Assembly (NCBI GenBank): GCA_900320865.1
Contig: ONTT01000006.1
Location: 19,285 to 83,284, forward strand
Source: an uncultured Bacteroidales bacterium
GTDB taxonomy: Bacteria > Bacteroidota > Bacteroidia > Bacteroidales > Paludibacteraceae
Direction: 5' to 3'
DNA length: 64,000 bases
The notes under the pieces were generated by a model. The model made no database searches and was not told the DNA's origin. It saw only the letters and a program-made list of their open reading frames with translations. Both the position numbers and the translations under genes were made by a program. Shown one piece after another: positions 60,627 through 64,000 of this stretch (position 1 is its first letter; each line of letters starts with the position of its first letter).

Positions 60627-63479
60627 TTATTTAACGCGTACGCCCGTGATAGTGTAGCGTTTGCCGTCACGAATAATGATCAACTGACCATTCTCGATCA
60701 TCTTGATTGCCTTTTCGCCTATCTCGTTGTTGACAACGGAAGTGCCTTGACCTAGGTTCTTGTAGAAATAGACGTTATCAACGAAGAAGTCACCACCGTT
60801 ACCGCCGTCGAACTTGAACTGGAAGACATTGTTCCACTCGATGTTGGCAGCCGCATACTCGCTCAGCGCGATATCCAGCGAAGTCCACTCGCCGCTCGTC
60901 AGGCTCTTCTCGATCACTTGCTCGTGACCCGGGCTGATCGGAGTAACCTTGATAGAAGTCATGCTCGTACTGTAGATATCCAAGTGCAGATATTCCATAC
61001 CAGTTGCATCAACTGCCGGAGTCAGTTCCCAACCGAGGTAGTTGAAGTTGCTCATATACTGTACTGTGTCGCCTGCAGCCAGTTCACCGAATGCTACTTG
61101 AGTGCTCTGTCCCCAGCCGCCGATATTGATAGCCGGTGCGCCGTCCAGTTCGTCGCAGAATACAGCTACCGCCGTTTTGCCCGTGAAACTGGGTTTCGGA
61201 GCGGGCGCGGGAGCGGCCTGTGTCTTAGCAACGACGTTGATAGCCTCAGCGACATTACCCTTCTCATCTTTAGCGATAATAGCAAAACTGTAATCTGCAT
61301 TCGCTTGCAGGCCATTCACTACCACGTTCACTTTAGCACCGCTGGCTCCTCCAATGTTAGCCACCTCTTTGTCGCCGTCCTTCACAACAAAGCTTACTGC
61401 ACCGCTGTTATCTTCTGCGCTCAATGCCAGTGTCACGCTGAAATAGCCGACTTCAGCTACCTCGCCTTTCACGTTCTTCGGAGCCTCGGTGTCCACCAAC
61501 TCGGTCGTGCGGTAGAAATACATATTATCGACGCTGATGTGCTCTCCAACCAGACCGCCAGCCTGATAAGCTTCGATAGCATATTGGAAGAAACGCGTCC
61601 AGTTGTGGTCAGCAGAGAAATCAGCCAGGTCAAAGTCGAACGAGTTCCACTTGCCACCCACCAAATTAAGTGTCTGTTTCGTCTGATTAACAGCCTCTGC
61701 ATCACCTGCGCAGATCAGACGGAAAGTCACGCTGCCGCTTGCCGATGCAAACACATCGATATGGAATTTCTCCATCGTGGCTACAGATGTCTCTGCCATC
61801 TGCGCACCAATCATACCATCGCGATACAGATCATAATGCAGATAATGGTCCTCACCGATAGCCTCTTCGGTCATGTTCGGCTTGTTCCACCAGCTCTCGT
61901 TGTAACTGTTCAAAGAAGCGGGCGCAAAAGTATAGGCATCGCTGTAGATGCTCTTCACTTGTGCAGCAGGCCATTCAGGAACAGGAGCCGCTGCAGTAGG
62001 AACGGTCACACGTGTATCGGTGGTAACGGTTACCGTCTTGCTATTCTCCGATTCGTTCTGCGCTGCATCAAAAGCGGTAATCACAAATGCATATGTCGTT
62101 GCGCCTTGCAGACCCGTGATCGTGATCTTGCCATCATTAGCCACATACTTGGCATCGATGCCGTGGTTCGTCTCAACCACGCGATATTTGGCCACCTCGT
62201 CATTGTCCGTTGCATCAACAGCTATGATGGCGCTGTTCCATGTCTTGCTTACCAAGGTGGCGTTTCCCATCACCGGCTTCTCGGTGTCGTCGGATGCCAC
62301 GTATTCGCGACCGAAGACTTGGAACTCAAAGATCTTCACACCCCACGGCGTACCGGCTTTCGTGCTCCAGAAACGGACGTAACGTACTTTGTTATTGTTA
62401 TCCAACTTAGTGCTCAACATATCCGTACGACCGTTGATACCGGCAGTGCCGATATGGTTGTAACCCAATACCCAATCGGTATTGTTCTCCGAAAAATCTA
62501 CGTGATAATCCTGCGCGCACGCACCTTCAAAATGAATAGTAATAAGGTCAATGCTGTAGTTAGCACCCAGATCCACTACGAACCAAGCGTCGAAAGTACG
62601 GCTTGTCTCATCTTCGGCAGTACCGTTGGTCAAACTGCCTTGCCATACACTACCGTCGTTGCCATCTACGGCAAAGAAAGCGTCATTGGCGCTTCCGTTC
62701 GGATTCTCTGCAACCTGTGCAACAATCTTATTGTCCGTTACGATATTCGTACTCAGCGCTAAGTTGGTCCCTTCGTAACCGAAGATCTCAATAGCCGGGG
62801 AACTAACCGTACCGCTCTTGGCCACGATAGAAGCGTTACCCACCTTCGCGGGAACATACTTACCATCTACCACTGCACCTGCGTCCGCCGGAGTGATCTC
62901 ATAGGAGAGAGCCACAGACATCTCGGCATTGTTCTGGTCCAGCGCGCGAGCAGCAAGACTAACGCCCTCTGCCACTTTAGCTACAGCCTGTGCGCTCAAC
63001 TCGATCTTCGTCAGCACGCTCACACCCGGCAGCAATACCTGAAACTCCCAGAACGACTGTCCGTAAACGGTAGCACGTTTCGTGCCGTGATACTGGATGT
63101 AACGAGCGGTTGTCTCATCTACATCGATAGTCTGCCAACCGGCTTGCGTGAGGTTGGTCTCTACATAGAGGGGGCTCCAGCTCTCACCGTCATTGGAGAT
63201 ACTCAGCGTGAACTCTTTCGCATAAGCACCTTCCCAAAGGATTTTGATGCGGCTGAACGTACGGGCTTGCCCCATATCCAAGGTCCACGTCTCGTCATCG
63301 GTCTGCGCACTCTCCCAACGGGTGCCTTCATCGCCATCAATGGCATTAGCTGCCGTACCGGAAGAGGCAGTAGCACTCGATCCTTGAGAAGCCAAGGCGA
63401 AGTTCACGTCATACACCTTGTCTGCAAAACTCATGATACTTGCGCTTAAGAAAGCGACTAAGAAGAAAATCTTTCTCAT
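60627..63479 (-). CDS. Secreted multi-domain carbohydrate-binding protein (two F5/8 type C / CBM32-like domains, an FN3-like domain, further beta-sandwich modules, C-terminal tag); first gene of the PUL
   Basis: AIDGDEGTRWES and AVDGNDGSVWQGS discoidin signatures; FN3-like segment (TDNDEVAKYRVVE...TYAFVITAFD); no catalytic motif recognised; C-terminal KMIENGQLIIIRDGKRYTITGVRV. Confidence 0.6.
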   Translation of the reverse strand: MRKIFFLVAFLSASIMSFADKVYDVNFALASQGSSATASSGTAANAIDGDEGTRWESAQTDDETWTLDMGQARTFSRIKILWEGAYAKEFTLSISNDGESWSPLYVETNLTQAGWQTIDVDETTARYIQYHGTKRATVYGQSFWEFQVLLPGVSVLTKIELSAQAVAKVAEGVSLAARALDQNNAEMSVALSYEITPADAGAVVDGKYVPAKVGNASIVAKSGTVSSPAIEIFGYEGTNLALSTNIVTDNKIVAQVAENPNGSANDAFFAVDGNDGSVWQGSLTNGTAEDETSRTFDAWFVVDLGANYSIDLITIHFEGACAQDYHVDFSENNTDWVLGYNHIGTAGINGRTDMLSTKLDNNNKVRYVRFWSTKAGTPWGVKIFEFQVFGREYVASDDTEKPVMGNATLVSKTWNSAIIAVDATDNDEVAKYRVVETNHGIDAKYVANDGKITITGLQGATTYAFVITAFDAAQNESENSKTVTVTTDTRVTVPTAAAPVPEWPAAQVKSIYSDAYTFAPASLNSYNESWWNKPNMTEEAIGEDHYLHYDLYRDGMIGAQMAETSVATMEKFHIDVFASASGSVTFRLICAGDAEAVNQTKQTLNLVGGKWNSFDFDLADFSADHNWTRFFQYAIEAYQAGGLVGEHISVDNMYFYRTTELVDTEAPKNVKGEVAEVGYFSVTLALSAEDNSGAVSFVVKDGDKEVANIGGASGAKVNVVVNGLQANADYSFAIIAKDEKGNVAEAINVVAKTQAAPAPAPKPSFTGKTAVAVFCDELDGAPAINIGGWGQSTQVAFGELAAGDTVQYMSNFNYLGWELTPAVDATGMEYLHLDIYSTSMTSIKVTPISPGHEQVIEKSLTSGEWTSLDIALSEYAAANIEWNNVFQFKFDGGNGGDFFVDNVYFYKNLGQGTSVVNNEIGEKAIKMIENGQLIIIRDGKRYTITGVRVK

Positions 63480-63541
63480 GATACTAAATTTTTGTTAAAC
63501 AATATTATTGGTTTAATTATTGCAATGTTGAAATTGCACGG

Positions 63542-63549
63542 CAAAGTTA
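63542..63549 (-). promoter_or_regulatory. -7 box (TAACTTTG on the minus strand), candidate PUL promoter
   Basis: TAnnTTTG match 63 nt upstream of ATG 63479. Confidence 0.5.
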
Positions 63550-63596
63550 CTGCTTTTTTTTCACATGCACAAACATGTTTATATGTTATGCAACAT

Positions 63597-63629
63597 AAAA
63601 GTACGTACCTTCCGAAAAAAGTACGTACC
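63597..63629. promoter_or_regulatory. Two copies of AAAAGTACGTACC (core palindrome GTACGTAC) 20 bp apart, upstream of the PUL promoter
   Basis: Exact 13-mers at 63597-63609 and 63617-63629; a third, degenerate copy AAAAGTACGG at 63674-63683. Confidence 0.4.
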
Positions 63630-63816
63630 ATCTTGCTGTTATTCAGATATTTACCTATTCTGACCTACCTTAAAAAAGTACGGAAATAGTATCTGTATTT
63701 TTGTGGAAAAATTCGTACAAACAGGAGTTTACATAGTCCATCACTTCCTGCTTAATGTCGGGCGGACAGAGGGCGGTGTTGGCAAGCGAAAAGAGAGAGG
63801 AATAGAAAGACGGATC

Positions 63817-64000
63817 CTATCGGCCTAAAAGCAAGACAACATCGAGGTCGTCCGTTCTGCTTTGCAGTCTCGGATCGGGGTTGTTATACTGGTTGATATC
63901 GGTCACCATGCTCTTTACTCCCGGCTCCATATACATGTTGTACATGTCATTGAAAGTATAGACTATCCCTTCGGTCTGCGTTTCATCCAAGCCGACCGTT
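63817..64000 (-). CDS. 3-prime end of an unidentified ORF running in from the right window edge
   Basis: Own translation: ...TVGLDETQTEGIVYTFNDMYNMYMEPGVKSMVTDINQYNNPDPRLQSRTDDLDVVLLLGR then TAG at 63817-63819. No family recognised. Confidence 0.3.
   Translation of the reverse strand, partial: TVGLDETQTEGIVYTFNDMYNMYMEPGVKSMVTDINQYNNPDPRLQSRTDDLDVVLLLGR

Noticed and set aside
60482-60670. 62-aa minus-strand ORF in the gap between the CBM32 gene and susC
   Set aside because: It overlaps the 3-prime end of the CBM32 gene and the strong hairpin at 60582-60609. It has no start context or motif and is probably non-coding.
60918-62762. 614-aa plus-strand ORF antisense to the CBM32 protein gene
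   Set aside because: The minus frame has a signal peptide, discoidin signatures and the shared C-terminal tag. The plus frame has no start context or motifs, so it is a shadow ORF.

Overview
Bacteroidales-type chromosomal segment. This is supported by SusC/SusD pairs, TAnnTTTG -7 promoter boxes, a tmRNA tag ending in YALAA, an Rnf complex and many lipoprotein signal peptides. From left to right the window holds: (1) housekeeping genes and RNA genes (partial rlmI, a small nucleosidase-like gene, an orphan serine recombinase, tRNA-Met, an EEP nuclease, tRNA-Arg, a Fur-family regulator, a GNAT-like gene, tmRNA, two tRNA-Ala, a ytxH/holin-like/AI-2E cluster, trxB, lolA, ftsK); (2) an rseC-rnfBCDGEA operon; (3) a ~2000-aa secreted repeat protein with a small membrane partner; (4) mixed metabolism genes (an EPSPS-like/GT2 fusion, DPP3, nucleoside phosphorylase, DUF3467, GT2, PCMD, aroC, polyprenyl synthase, sufCD, porin plus DASS transporter, rpiB); (5) a ~24 kb minus-strand beta-1,3/1,6-glucan (laminarin-type) PUL. 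The PUL encodes a CBM32 protein, SusC, SusD, an SGBP, three GH16, a clan GH-A glucanase, an MFS/GPH importer, a cytoplasmic GH94-clan phosphorylase, GH30 and GH81. I saw no rRNA, CRISPR array, IS element, prophage or recognisable defence system. The features I consider most unusual: (a) a dispersed family of 7-bp-period tandem repeats that fills many intercistronic spacers and also sits in frame inside at least seven genes, including trxB, aroC and rlmI; (b) three RNA genes (tRNA-Arg, tmRNA, tRNA-Ala) each followed 24-113 bp downstream by a copy of their own 3-prime end; (c) a ~72-nt paralogous leader directly upstream of both tmRNA and tRNA-Ala(GGC); (d) a short shared C-terminal tag on the four large non-lipoprotein secreted proteins; (e) a reduced EPSP-synthase-like domain fused to a GT2 membrane domain. 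All calls come from reading the sequence and from motif memory. No database search was run, so family assignments are motif-level.
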